Positions 1 through 8,517 of a stretch of DNA of 64,000 bases are shown piece by piece. Source of the stretch: Pseudomonadota bacterium (GTDB taxonomy: Bacteria > Myxococcota_A > UBA796 > SXON01); assembly GCA_030684355.1 (NCBI GenBank), contig JAUXTN010000002.1, forward strand, positions 28,069 through 92,068, written 5' to 3'. How positions within the stretch are numbered: the first letter of the stretch is position 1; each line of letters starts with the position of its first letter. The position numbers and the translations under genes are program-made. The notes under the pieces were generated by a model, which was given only the letters and a program-made list of their open reading frames with translations, was not told the DNA's origin and made no database searches.

Positions 1-10
1 CGGGGCGACC

Positions 11-670
11 GTGAACGTGGCCTACCTGCCGGGGTGGGCCAACACGCACACGGGGTCCACCTCGTTGATCTGGTCGAGCCTCGAGACCAACTCCCTGGCC
101 TATGGGGGCTGCACCATCGACATCACGTCCGTCGGCAGCGGCTTCACCCTCGCGACCCTCTCGGCCTACGACGCGATCGTCATCTCGGATCCGTCCGGCG
201 GCTCGCGGCTGTACACGGCCGCGGAGCTGACCGCGATCCGCGACTACCTCGAGGGCGGGTACGGCGGCGCCGTCGGGACCTACCTGTTGGAGTACCTCGC
301 GTACGCCAACTCGAGCCTGTACGACCTGTTCGGCATCGACAGCACGGGCATCACCAGCGGCTCCAGCAGCGTGAGCACCGGGGGCACCGTGGTGGACGCG
401 ACCCACCCCGTCGCGGACAACCTCCCCGCCAGCTTCACACTGCTCGGATACGGCTACGAGCAGTCCAACTCCGGCGGGTGGACCGACGCCGACCTCCTCG
501 GCTGCGCCGAGCTCGTCATCGACAGCGCCGGTGGGTCCAGCGTCATCGCCAACGACGACTACAACTGGCGCTCGGTCTACTTCACCGGCATGCCGGAGTA
601 CAGCAGCGCGGGCACCGACTCCAGGCAGGCCATCTACAACTCCATCCTCTGGGCCGCGGGGTACCAATGA
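11..670 (+). CDS. hypothetical secreted protein, C-terminal portion (frame stays open to the window edge, so the true start may lie upstream)
   Basis: 219-codon ORF with balanced Gly/Ser/Thr/Tyr-rich composition, unlike the Arg/Pro-rich shadow frames. Its TGA stop overlaps the next ATG (ATGA at 667-670). No family recognised. Confidence 0.6.
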   Translation: MNVAYLPGWANTHTGSTSLIWSSLETNSLAYGGCTIDITSVGSGFTLATLSAYDAIVISDPSGGSRLYTAAELTAIRDYLEGGYGGAVGTYLLEYLAYANSSLYDLFGIDSTGITSGSSSVSTGGTVVDATHPVADNLPASFTLLGYGYEQSNSGGWTDADLLGCAELVIDSAGGSSVIANDDYNWRSVYFTGMPEYSSAGTDSRQAIYNSILWAAGYQ

Positions 671-1383
671 CCGTCTCTCTCTACGGCAATGAGCTCGGCA
701 TGCGCGGTCTCGCCCGTCTCTCCGGGGCGCTGCTCGCCCTCGCCCTGTTCGGGGTCGGCTGCGAGGGGTCCGACATCAACCTCCGGAACAACGAGCCCGT
801 GGCAACCGTGGTCTACCCCCTCGCGGGCAGCGAGCTCGTCGAGGGCTATGCGACCACCTTCCTGGGATCGATCACCGACACCAACGATCACCCCGAGGAC
901 CTCGTCGCCACCTGGCTCCTCGGCGACGAGGAGCTGTGCGCGGAGGCCCCCATCGGCCCCGACGGGTCCACGGCGTGCGAGGCGACGTTCGAGCCGGGCG
1001 TGGTCGAGGTCACCCTCACGACCCGGGATCCGGACGACGCCGCGGGTACGGCCGCCATCCTGCTCACGGTGCAGGCGAACGACGCCCCGACCGTACAAAT
1101 GATTGCTCCCGACGGGACTGGGCCCTACTCGAGCGACGCCTACATCGTCTTCGCCGCGCGCGTCGGGGACCTCGAAGTCGCCCCGGACGAGCTCGTCGTG
1201 GAGTGGACCGACGCGACGGGCGCCGTGCTCGACATCGACGACGTCGTCGACACGGACGGCTCCCTCTCCGGGGCCCTCCTCCTGGACGCGGGCACCCACA
1301 CCATCACCCTGACGGCCACCGACGGCCCCGGCGCGACCGGGAGCACGTCGGTGACGCTCGAGGTCGCCGACCCGGCGGGGTGA
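667..1383 (+). CDS. lipoprotein with Ig-like/PKD-like beta-sandwich repeats (238 aa)
   Basis: Internal ATG of ORF 34..1383. The N-terminus MTVSLYGNELGMRGLARLSGALLALALFGVGC has a signal peptide plus lipobox Cys. Two similar ~90-aa segments ('...VTLTTRDPDDAAGTAAILLTV', '...ITLTATDGPGATGSTSVTLEV') are typical of PKD/Ig-like folds. Confidence 0.7.
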   Translation: MTVSLYGNELGMRGLARLSGALLALALFGVGCEGSDINLRNNEPVATVVYPLAGSELVEGYATTFLGSITDTNDHPEDLVATWLLGDEELCAEAPIGPDGSTACEATFEPGVVEVTLTTRDPDDAAGTAAILLTVQANDAPTVQMIAPDGTGPYSSDAYIVFAARVGDLEVAPDELVVEWTDATGAVLDIDDVVDTDGSLSGALLLDAGTHTITLTATDGPGATGSTSVTLEVADPAG

Positions 1384-1477
1384 GCGCCGCGCGCCTACCG
1401 CCGTGCCGGCGTCGTCCTACGGAGATCGGGGGCGGCGGCTGTAGTCGGCGGCCCCGTGGCTAGATTCGGATGGGGAC

Positions 1478-2944
1478 GTGCCATTGATCTCGAGACGCCG
1501 GGTCCTGACCGGCAGCGTTGCGCTGGTAACGGGGGCGGCCCTGCCGCAATGCCGGCCGCGCTTCCGGGCCGAGCCCGATGGGGCCACCAGCGCCGTGCGC
1601 GCGGTGAACGCGGCGAGATCGTTCGCCGGGAGCTCCCTGACCATCGGCTCCGAGTCGGGCGCGCAGGCCCAGTGCCTCCTCCGTTACAGCGGCCCGCTCT
1701 GGGAGCGGCTCACCGGGATCCGCGTGAACGTGGTGGAGATGGGGCTGCCCGCTCAAAACGAGCGTCGCCTCCGGGCCGAGCACGAGGCGGGGATGGCGAA
1801 CCTCGACTGCGCGTCCGTCGCACCGGCCTGGTTGGCGGGACTCGTGGCCGACGGCGCACTCCAGCCGCTCGACGACCATGTCGAGCACTACATGCTCGCG
1901 GAGGACCTGGAGGACTATCTCCCCCGCTACCGCACGCTGGGCTGCCACGACGGCCGACGGTACGGGCTGTTCGACGACGGCGACACCCTGCTCCTCTACT
2001 ACCGGAAGGACCTCTTCGAGGACGACGCCGTGCGCGCTGCCTTCGCGGCGCGGTACGGCCGTCCCCTCGGGGATCCCCGGAGCTGGAGCTGGTCCGACCT
2101 GGTCGATGCGGCCCGCTTCTTCACGGTCCCGAGCGAGGCGCGGTACGGCCTGGCGCCCTTCACGCAGGACCTCCTCTGGGCCTGGTTCCAGTCGCTCTTC
2201 ACGTCGAGGGGCGGGCGCTTCTTCGACCCGAACACGATGGAGACCGAGGTGGGCTCCGCGGTCGGAACGAGGACGATGACGGATCTCCTCGGGTTGGGCG
2301 CCTGGATCCCGCCAGGCGGGTTCGCCGAGGGTCGCCCGCTGTTCGTGGTGTCCACGTGGCTCTCGGGCTCCGCCGCCATGGCGACGTTCTGGCCGCCCCT
2401 CGCGCGCTGGGCTGAGGGATACGGGCCGGCCGCGATCGGTGCGACGTCGCCCAGCCTCGTGGCCGGGCGGACCGGATATGCCCTCCTTCCCGGCGGCACC
2501 AGCCACCTCGCGGTCGGATTCGTGCTCTCGGTGCTGGCGCGGAGCCAACACAAAGAGGCGGCTTACCTGTTCATTCAGTGGCTCACGAGCCCGGAGGTGA
2601 GCCTCGATCGCGTGATGCTCCCGTACGGGCTCCGCGATCCGTACCGGCGCTCCCACATCGAATCACCCGCCTACCGGGCGTTGTGGCCGGGCGCGCCCGA
2701 CTACCTCGACACGCTCGAGAAGGCGGCCGAGCGCGCCTCTCTGGACCTTGGCCTCCCGGGCGCGGTGGACTACGAGGCCGCCTTTCGCGTTGCCGTGACC
2801 GAGATCGGGCAGGGAGGCGGTGTCGAGCCCGCCATCCAGCGCATGGCCGCGAGGTGGGACGAGATCACCCGCGCGGAGGGCCGCGGGCTCCAACGCCGCG
2901 CGTTCGCCGATTGGTCGCGCATCTCGTCCGGGCCCGGGACATGA
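1478..2944 (+). CDS. ABC-type extracellular solute-binding protein (family 1 SBP) with twin-arginine signal
   Basis: GTG start. 'SRRRVLTGSVALVTGAAL' is a TAT-like signal. Length (488 aa) and the 'YGLFDDGDTLLLYYRKDLF' / 'WLSGSAAMATFWP' blocks resemble sugar/polyamine-type SBPs. Stop overlaps the next ATG (ATGA 2941-2944). Confidence 0.75.
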   Translation: MPLISRRRVLTGSVALVTGAALPQCRPRFRAEPDGATSAVRAVNAARSFAGSSLTIGSESGAQAQCLLRYSGPLWERLTGIRVNVVEMGLPAQNERRLRAEHEAGMANLDCASVAPAWLAGLVADGALQPLDDHVEHYMLAEDLEDYLPRYRTLGCHDGRRYGLFDDGDTLLLYYRKDLFEDDAVRAAFAARYGRPLGDPRSWSWSDLVDAARFFTVPSEARYGLAPFTQDLLWAWFQSLFTSRGGRFFDPNTMETEVGSAVGTRTMTDLLGLGAWIPPGGFAEGRPLFVVSTWLSGSAAMATFWPPLARWAEGYGPAAIGATSPSLVAGRTGYALLPGGTSHLAVGFVLSVLARSQHKEAAYLFIQWLTSPEVSLDRVMLPYGLRDPYRRSHIESPAYRALWPGAPDYLDTLEKAAERASLDLGLPGAVDYEAAFRVAVTEIGQGGGVEPAIQRMAARWDEITRAEGRGLQRRAFADWSRISSGPGT

Positions 2945-4776
2945 GGATCCGGCTCCAACGGAAGGTGTTCCTCGGCTTCGCGTTGGCGTTCCTCCCGATG
3001 CTGGGACTGCTCCTCTGGGAGTTCCGCCGCGACGTCCGGTGGCTGGAGAGCTCCCTCCTCGAGGATCAGCTCGTCACGGCCGACGCGGTGGCAGTCGCGG
3101 TGGACCGGCAGCTCGACACGGCCGTGGGCATCGGGTGGGCCGTGTCGTTCGATCCACGCGTGCGTGCCTTCGATTCCGCCCAGCTCGACCGCTACCTGAT
3201 GGATCTGGTCACCGTCTACCCCCAGGTGACCTCCCTGGGCGTGTTCGACGCGGCCGGGACCAACCGAGGCTACGGGAGCACCTCCGCGCGAGCGAAGAGC
3301 CCCCGGTTCTCCGTGGCAGACCGCTCGTACTTCCAGCAGGCGATGGCCACGAACCTGCCAGCGGTCTCCAACGTGCTCGAGCTGCGCGCCGCGGGTGTTG
3401 TCGGCATCGTGGTGGGCGTGCCGATCCGCGACGAGACGGGGCGCCCCATGGGCATCGTCACCATCGCGATGGATACGGACGACCTGGAACGCCAGTACGA
3501 AGAGGTGAGGGTGCGGCCCGGTCAATCGATTCTCCTGGCGGATCGGGACGGTCGGCTCGCCGCCCACACGGGCCAACCCCATCTGACACCGAGGGCGGCG
3601 GACGAGATGCGCGAGCTCCCAGCGGTGGTCTCCGCGCTGGCCGGCGTGCCCACCACGGTCCCCTCGTTCGTGTCTCCCCTCGACGGCGATCAGCGGCTCG
3701 GCGCCTTCGTCCGAACCGCCAGGTACAATTGGGTGGTGGGGATCACCATGCCCCGGCGCGTCGCGCTGGCGCCCGCCTACGCGCGGCTGCGTGGAGAGCT
3801 GCTCGGCTTCGCGGCGATCTTCGCGCTGACCATCGCGCTGTCCGAAGGGCTCGCGCGGGTCCTCGTGAGGCCGGTGCTCGCGTTGGAGGACGCCGCCCGC
3901 GCGTTGGGGGAGGGCGACCTCCTCCGGCGGGTGCGCATCGAGACGGGAGACGAGGTGGAGCGGCTCGGCGCGTCGTTCAACGAGATGGCCGATCGGCTCC
4001 AGCAGCGCAACCAGGCGCTCGTGGACGCCCAGGCCGCCCTCGGTGCGCTCAACGCGCAGCTCGAGAAGCGGGTCGAGGATCGGACCGCAGCGTTGGAGGC
4101 CGCCAACCGAGAGCTCGAGTCCTTCAGCTACTCGGTCTCCCACGATCTCCGCGCGCCGCTCCGCGCCGTGGACGGCTTCATCGGGATCGTCCTCCAGGAC
4201 TTCGCCGATGGGGTGAACCCGGAGGCGGCCGGCTACCTCCTCCGGGCCCAGGCGGCGTCGCGCCGCATGAGTGGCCTCATCGACGGTTTTCTCGCCCTGT
4301 CCCGCGCCGCCCGGGCCCCGCTCACGCGCGTCCGCGTGGACATCGGGGCGCTGGCGCGGGCGAGTGCGCAGGAGCTGGCGGACGCCGCGCCGGGGCGGGT
4401 GGAGTGGCGAGTGGGAGACCTTCCGGCCTGCGAGGGGGATCCGGTCCTGCTGCGCCAGGTGCTGGTGAACCTGATCGGCAACGCGCTGAAGTACAGCCGG
4501 GACCGCGATCCTCCCCGGGTCGACGTGGGGTTCGATCCGGGGCCGCCACCGTCCTACTACGTGCGCGACAACGGGGTGGGCTTCGACATGAGCCACGCGC
4601 AGAACCTGTTCCAGCCGTTCGAACGGCTGCACGATTCCCAACAGTTCGAGGGCACGGGCGTCGGCCTCGCGATCGTGCAACGGGTGATCGCGCGCCATGG
4701 CGGACGGATCTGGGCGGAGTCCACGCCCGGGGAGGGAGCCACGTTCCGGTTCACGCTCGGCGAGGCGCGGGAGTGA
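2941..4776 (+). CDS. sensor histidine kinase (TM - Cache-like periplasmic domain - TM - HAMP - HisKA - HATPase_c), 611 aa
   Basis: Internal ATG of ORF 2578..4776 overlapping the SBP stop. N-terminal TM 'VFLGFALAFLPMLGLLLW'. HAMP ('LGEGDLLRRVRIETGDEVERLGASFNEMA'). H-box 'FSYSVSHDLRAPLRAV'. N/G boxes 'LIGNALKY', 'DNGVGFD', 'GTGVGLAIV'. Confidence 0.85.
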   Translation: MRIRLQRKVFLGFALAFLPMLGLLLWEFRRDVRWLESSLLEDQLVTADAVAVAVDRQLDTAVGIGWAVSFDPRVRAFDSAQLDRYLMDLVTVYPQVTSLGVFDAAGTNRGYGSTSARAKSPRFSVADRSYFQQAMATNLPAVSNVLELRAAGVVGIVVGVPIRDETGRPMGIVTIAMDTDDLERQYEEVRVRPGQSILLADRDGRLAAHTGQPHLTPRAADEMRELPAVVSALAGVPTTVPSFVSPLDGDQRLGAFVRTARYNWVVGITMPRRVALAPAYARLRGELLGFAAIFALTIALSEGLARVLVRPVLALEDAARALGEGDLLRRVRIETGDEVERLGASFNEMADRLQQRNQALVDAQAALGALNAQLEKRVEDRTAALEAANRELESFSYSVSHDLRAPLRAVDGFIGIVLQDFADGVNPEAAGYLLRAQAASRRMSGLIDGFLALSRAARAPLTRVRVDIGALARASAQELADAAPGRVEWRVGDLPACEGDPVLLRQVLVNLIGNALKYSRDRDPPRVDVGFDPGPPPSYYVRDNGVGFDMSHAQNLFQPFERLHDSQQFEGTGVGLAIVQRVIARHGGRIWAESTPGEGATFRFTLGEARE

Positions 4777-4822
4777 CCTCCTGCGCGAGGAGGTGATCCG
4801 CGGCGACGGGTGCCACCTCGCG

Positions 4823-7267
4823 TCACCGCGCCTCGCCCACCCACCCGACCGCGGGGTCGGTGAGCCCGTCGAAGGCGCCCGCGGTGCAGGGAGCGCCGCT
4901 CACCTCGGTGCAGTCCACGCGGATGCGCCCGTCGCCGCCGTCGCCCCCGGGGCGGTCCACGATCACGTAGCCGACCCCGCCGGTCGCGACGATCCCGCGG
5001 GCTCCGAGCCGCACGTCGTCCGCCCGGATGCCGATGCTGCCGCCGGCGCCGCCACCCGCGCCGTAGGTCCAGGTGCCCGCGGTCCAGGACCGCGCATCGG
5101 CGCCCGCCGCGGTCACGGCGGCCGGCCCCTCGGCGTCGACGCCGCCCGCGAAGAGGAGCACGATCCCGCCGCCCGCGCCGCCGGGCCCCGGCGCGCCCGT
5201 GATGTTGGCAACGCCGCCGCCGCCCGAACCGAGGAACAGTTGGGTCAGCTCCGCCTGGCCGTACGGAATGCCGGCCTCCGGCGCATGCGCCGTCCCGTTC
5301 CAGCTCGTGCCGTCGGTCGCGCCGCCCGCGTGCTCCCCACCGCCCCCGCCGATGTTGGCACCGCCGCCGCCCCGGTTGGCCGCCCAGGCGCCGATGGCCT
5401 CGTTGTAGTTGAGCTCCGACCCGGTGCCGCCCGCGCCGGCCCCGGCGTAGCTCTCCCCCTGGTAGCCGTCGGCGTTGTAGCTCGGCCCCGTGCCGCCCCC
5501 GGCGTACCCGCGGCCATCCATGTCGATGCGGCCGCCGCCCGCGACCGTGATCGCCCCGGTGGCGCGGAGCGCCAGCACGCCGCCGCTCTCGCCGTCCCAC
5601 GCGCTCCCGGTGAGCACCCCCGCGGGGCCGATCGTCACGTTGCCGTAGCGCGGCACCCGCTGCAGGAGCACGGCGTGGTCGGCCGGATCGACGCCCTCCC
5701 AGCCACCGCCGAGCGTGGAGGCGAAGGTGACGTCGGCCCCGGCCAGCGCCGCGACGGTCACGAGCTCCCAGGTCCCCGCGCCGACGGGCCCCTGGAGCGC
5801 GATCAGGAGCGCCTCGTCGCCGGACGCGAGCCCCTCGGGCGGCTCGGGGAGTGTCACCCCGCCCGCGGCGAAGGTGGTGACCCGCCACGCGGGCGCCTCG
5901 GGGGTGTCCCGGTCGCACCGGTGGTTGGTGGTGAGGGTGACAGTCGTGTCCACGGTGATGTCGTCGCCGTCAGCGGGGATGCACGGCTCGGGATCCTCCA
6001 CGCCGAAGGCCGCGGGGCGGTCCGCGAGCCACGAGCGGATGCACGCAACCTGGGCCTCGAACTGCGCGGCCGTGTACCCCCGGCGCGTGTCCGCCTCGGC
6101 GTAGGGGGCGATCATCGCCTCGGTCGCGACGATCCACGCGTCGACGTCCGAGGCCTGGAGCGCCGTTGCCGACCAGGTCAGGGCGTCGTCGAGCTCCTCC
6201 GCGCAGGCGTCGTCCGCCCAGCACCGCCGGACGAGCAGCCCTCCGGCGTAGTCCGTCGGCGCATATTGGTAGGTGCCGCACGAGGGTGCGGCGTTGGGCA
6301 CCGACCCGAATTGGACGTTCATGGAGGAGGGGACAAACGACCACGTGTCGGCCTCGGGCGCGTGGTACAGGTAGAAGTTCCCCCGGTAGCCGGCGTAGGA
6401 GTCGTAGCTCCCAATGACGATCTCCGTCGCGACCCCCCGGAGGAACGGCTCCCAATCCACCCGCTGGCGGATCGCCGCGAGCCACTCGGCGTCCGCGGTG
6501 TCGGTGGCCGTCGCGCAGAGCTCGAGGAGGGCGGACCGGTCGTCGCCCGTGCCGAATTCGTCCTGCTCGAAGCAGTCGCACCGATCCGCGCCCGGGTCGT
6601 CGAAGTCGCAGGGCCACGCTTCGGTGGAGGATTCGTATAGGCTGCCCTCGTCGTCGTCGCCCCACCACCGGTCGACGAACACGTCGTCCTTCTGCTCGAC
6701 CACCGTGTAGAGCCCGTAGTCGAGGCCGTTGACGACGAGGTGCGCGAAGCCCGTCCGTGACGCCGGCAGCCCGGCGCTCCGGTAGATCCGGTAGGCGACG
6801 GCCTCTCCGAGCGCGGACGGATCCTGGAGCTCGTTGATGAGGTCGAAGCCCTCGAGCCCGTCCCACCGCTGACTCTCCACGGTCCGATCGATGCTGATCT
6901 TCCAACTCGGCTTGCCGTCGAGCGTGCGGAAGTTGGTCGCCCCCTTCAGCCGCACCCCCGCCTCCATGGTGCGTGTGCCGTCGGACAGCGTGCCCGTCAC
7001 GTACTGCGTCGGCGCGGCGGCGACGGTGTCCCAGGCGGCGGGCGCGAGCGTGAGGACGAGCTCCACGACGGCGTCGTCCCGGAACAGCGCGTCCCCGGGC
7101 GCGGGCACGGGGGTGGCGGTGTCGTCGAGGCCCGGGAGCACCTCGACGCCTGGGCCCTCGTCCTCCCCCGACGGGGGGAAGCCACGGACCGGGCCGGTCG
7201 CCGGAGCGGCGCACCCGATGGCCAGGCCGAGGACGACAGCGCGGAAGGAGCCGATCGGGGAGAACAT
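4823..7267 (-). CDS. CotH-family (atypical kinase fold) lipoprotein with C-terminal glycine-rich beta-helix-like domain, 814 aa
   Basis: N-terminus 'AVVLGLAIGCAAP' has a lipobox. Central 'GVRLKGATNFRTLDGKPSWKISI...LINELQDPSALGEAVAYRIYRSAGLPASRTGFAHLVVNGLDYGLYTVVEQKD' matches my memory of CotH domains. The last ~300 aa are runs of GGxGG/GAGG. Confidence 0.75.
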   Translation of the reverse strand: MFSPIGSFRAVVLGLAIGCAAPATGPVRGFPPSGEDEGPGVEVLPGLDDTATPVPAPGDALFRDDAVVELVLTLAPAAWDTVAAAPTQYVTGTLSDGTRTMEAGVRLKGATNFRTLDGKPSWKISIDRTVESQRWDGLEGFDLINELQDPSALGEAVAYRIYRSAGLPASRTGFAHLVVNGLDYGLYTVVEQKDDVFVDRWWGDDDEGSLYESSTEAWPCDFDDPGADRCDCFEQDEFGTGDDRSALLELCATATDTADAEWLAAIRQRVDWEPFLRGVATEIVIGSYDSYAGYRGNFYLYHAPEADTWSFVPSSMNVQFGSVPNAAPSCGTYQYAPTDYAGGLLVRRCWADDACAEELDDALTWSATALQASDVDAWIVATEAMIAPYAEADTRRGYTAAQFEAQVACIRSWLADRPAAFGVEDPEPCIPADGDDITVDTTVTLTTNHRCDRDTPEAPAWRVTTFAAGGVTLPEPPEGLASGDEALLIALQGPVGAGTWELVTVAALAGADVTFASTLGGGWEGVDPADHAVLLQRVPRYGNVTIGPAGVLTGSAWDGESGGVLALRATGAITVAGGGRIDMDGRGYAGGGTGPSYNADGYQGESYAGAGAGGTGSELNYNEAIGAWAANRGGGGANIGGGGGEHAGGATDGTSWNGTAHAPEAGIPYGQAELTQLFLGSGGGGVANITGAPGPGGAGGGIVLLFAGGVDAEGPAAVTAAGADARSWTAGTWTYGAGGGAGGSIGIRADDVRLGARGIVATGGVGYVIVDRPGGDGGDGRIRVDCTEVSGAPCTAGAFDGLTDPAVGWVGEAR

Positions 7268-7445
7268 CGGGGCGGTCTATCCGCCGCGCCCCCTCCTGCC
7301 GCTATGCGACACGCCTCCGACCCGCCGCCGCTGGTGACACGGATGCGCGCGGAGCAACCGTTCGAGACAAGGGCTCGCAGGCGCGCAACGCGTGGCAGGA
7401 CTAGGCTCGACCCGAGCCCAGACGATTCCTGGGCGTAGGAGAGCG

Positions 7446-8444
7446 ATGCGTCATCTCGTGCTCATTCCACTCGTGGTCGGCTACCTCGGTTGCGCCACGG
7501 ACGTCGACGGCAAGGACACTGACGTGCCCGCCGACACCGACACCGACACGGACACCGACACCGACACGGACACGGACACCGACACGGACACCGACACCGA
7601 CACGGACACGGACACCGACACGGACACCGACACGGACACCGACACGGACACCGACACCGAGCCGGTCGACGCGGTCGAGCTCGCGGCGAGGGCAAGCGCG
7701 CTCGCGGCGCTACCCGCCGGCCTGTGCGGTGCCCTGATCGATCCGTGGGCGTACAGCGATCCCGACGACACGATGCGGGTCTGGGACCTGGTGCTGCATG
7801 CCACCTCGGACGAGCTCTCCGCCGACCTGAGTGCGCACGCGGACGGGACCTGCCCGAACCAGCCCGATTCCTGGGTGTCGGAGGGCGATTGCACCACGTC
7901 GGACGGCTGGATCTACGTGGGGACCCACAACTGGAGCGCGAGCAGCGGCGGAGGGGCGTACTACGAGTACACCCAGTGGGGCCTGGCGCACGAGGACGAA
8001 GCGGACGGTGCCCGGTACGAGTCCGTCGCGGACGGTCGCTACAGCAGCTACGTTCTCCGTCCCGACACCGCCGATGAGGCCGTCCAGTACGGCCGCGTCT
8101 ACGAAGACTTCCGCGTTTCCATGGCACACAGCGGGTCCTTCGAGGGCGGCTCGAATGGCACCTGGATCCGCGACGGAGAGCTCCTCACGTCGGTCCTCGA
8201 TTGGCCGGTGACGGGAGAGGTGTATCTACGGGTGACCGGGTCGGAGACGATCTCCGCCGGTGACCTCTGCGTGGGCTACGACCTCGCGGAGGTCGAGGCC
8301 TGCGTGGACGAGCCGGTGGGGACGTTCCGCATCGTCGGCGCGCAGGACCTCACCGTGACGTTCGACGGGGATGTCGGGTGTGACGGCTGCGGCCTGCTCA
8401 CGGTGGACGGCGCGGACGCGGGCGAGGTGTGCCTGCGGCCCTGA
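7446..8444 (+). CDS. lipoprotein with 21x Asp-Thr linker, function unknown (332 aa)
   Basis: ATG at 7446 gives MRHLVLIPLVVGYLGC (signal plus lipobox). (DT)21 follows shortly after the Cys. Globular Cys-containing C-terminal domain. No family recognised. Confidence 0.7.
   Translation: MRHLVLIPLVVGYLGCATDVDGKDTDVPADTDTDTDTDTDTDTDTDTDTDTDTDTDTDTDTDTDTDTDTDTEPVDAVELAARASALAALPAGLCGALIDPWAYSDPDDTMRVWDLVLHATSDELSADLSAHADGTCPNQPDSWVSEGDCTTSDGWIYVGTHNWSASSGGGAYYEYTQWGLAHEDEADGARYESVADGRYSSYVLRPDTADEAVQYGRVYEDFRVSMAHSGSFEGGSNGTWIRDGELLTSVLDWPVTGEVYLRVTGSETISAGDLCVGYDLAEVEACVDEPVGTFRIVGAQDLTVTFDGDVGCDGCGLLTVDGADAGEVCLRP
7533..7658 (+). repeat. in-frame hexanucleotide tandem repeat (GACACS)21 encoding (Asp-Thr)21
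   Basis: Direct reading of gacacc/gacacg units from 7533 to 7658. Confidence 0.95.
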
Positions 8445-8517
8445 CCGTTCGTCAAGGCCTGGCCCATCCGGGTCGCGAGCGGGATGCTCCGACCCGGTGG
8501 GCCTCGGGCCCGGGTCC

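Noticed and set aside
2578-4796. N-terminal extension of the kinase ORF (2578-2940) and the alternative frames 2820..4796 (+) and 2770..4698 (-)
   Set aside because: The extension overlaps the SBP gene and is Arg/Pro-rich, while the ATG at 2941 forms an ATGA overlap and begins with a TM helix. The other frames are compositional shadows.
7533-7658. Possible CRISPR array or non-coding microsatellite
   Set aside because: The unit is only 6 nt with no spacers, is strictly in frame, and sits inside a lipoprotein ORF. It is a coding dipeptide repeat.
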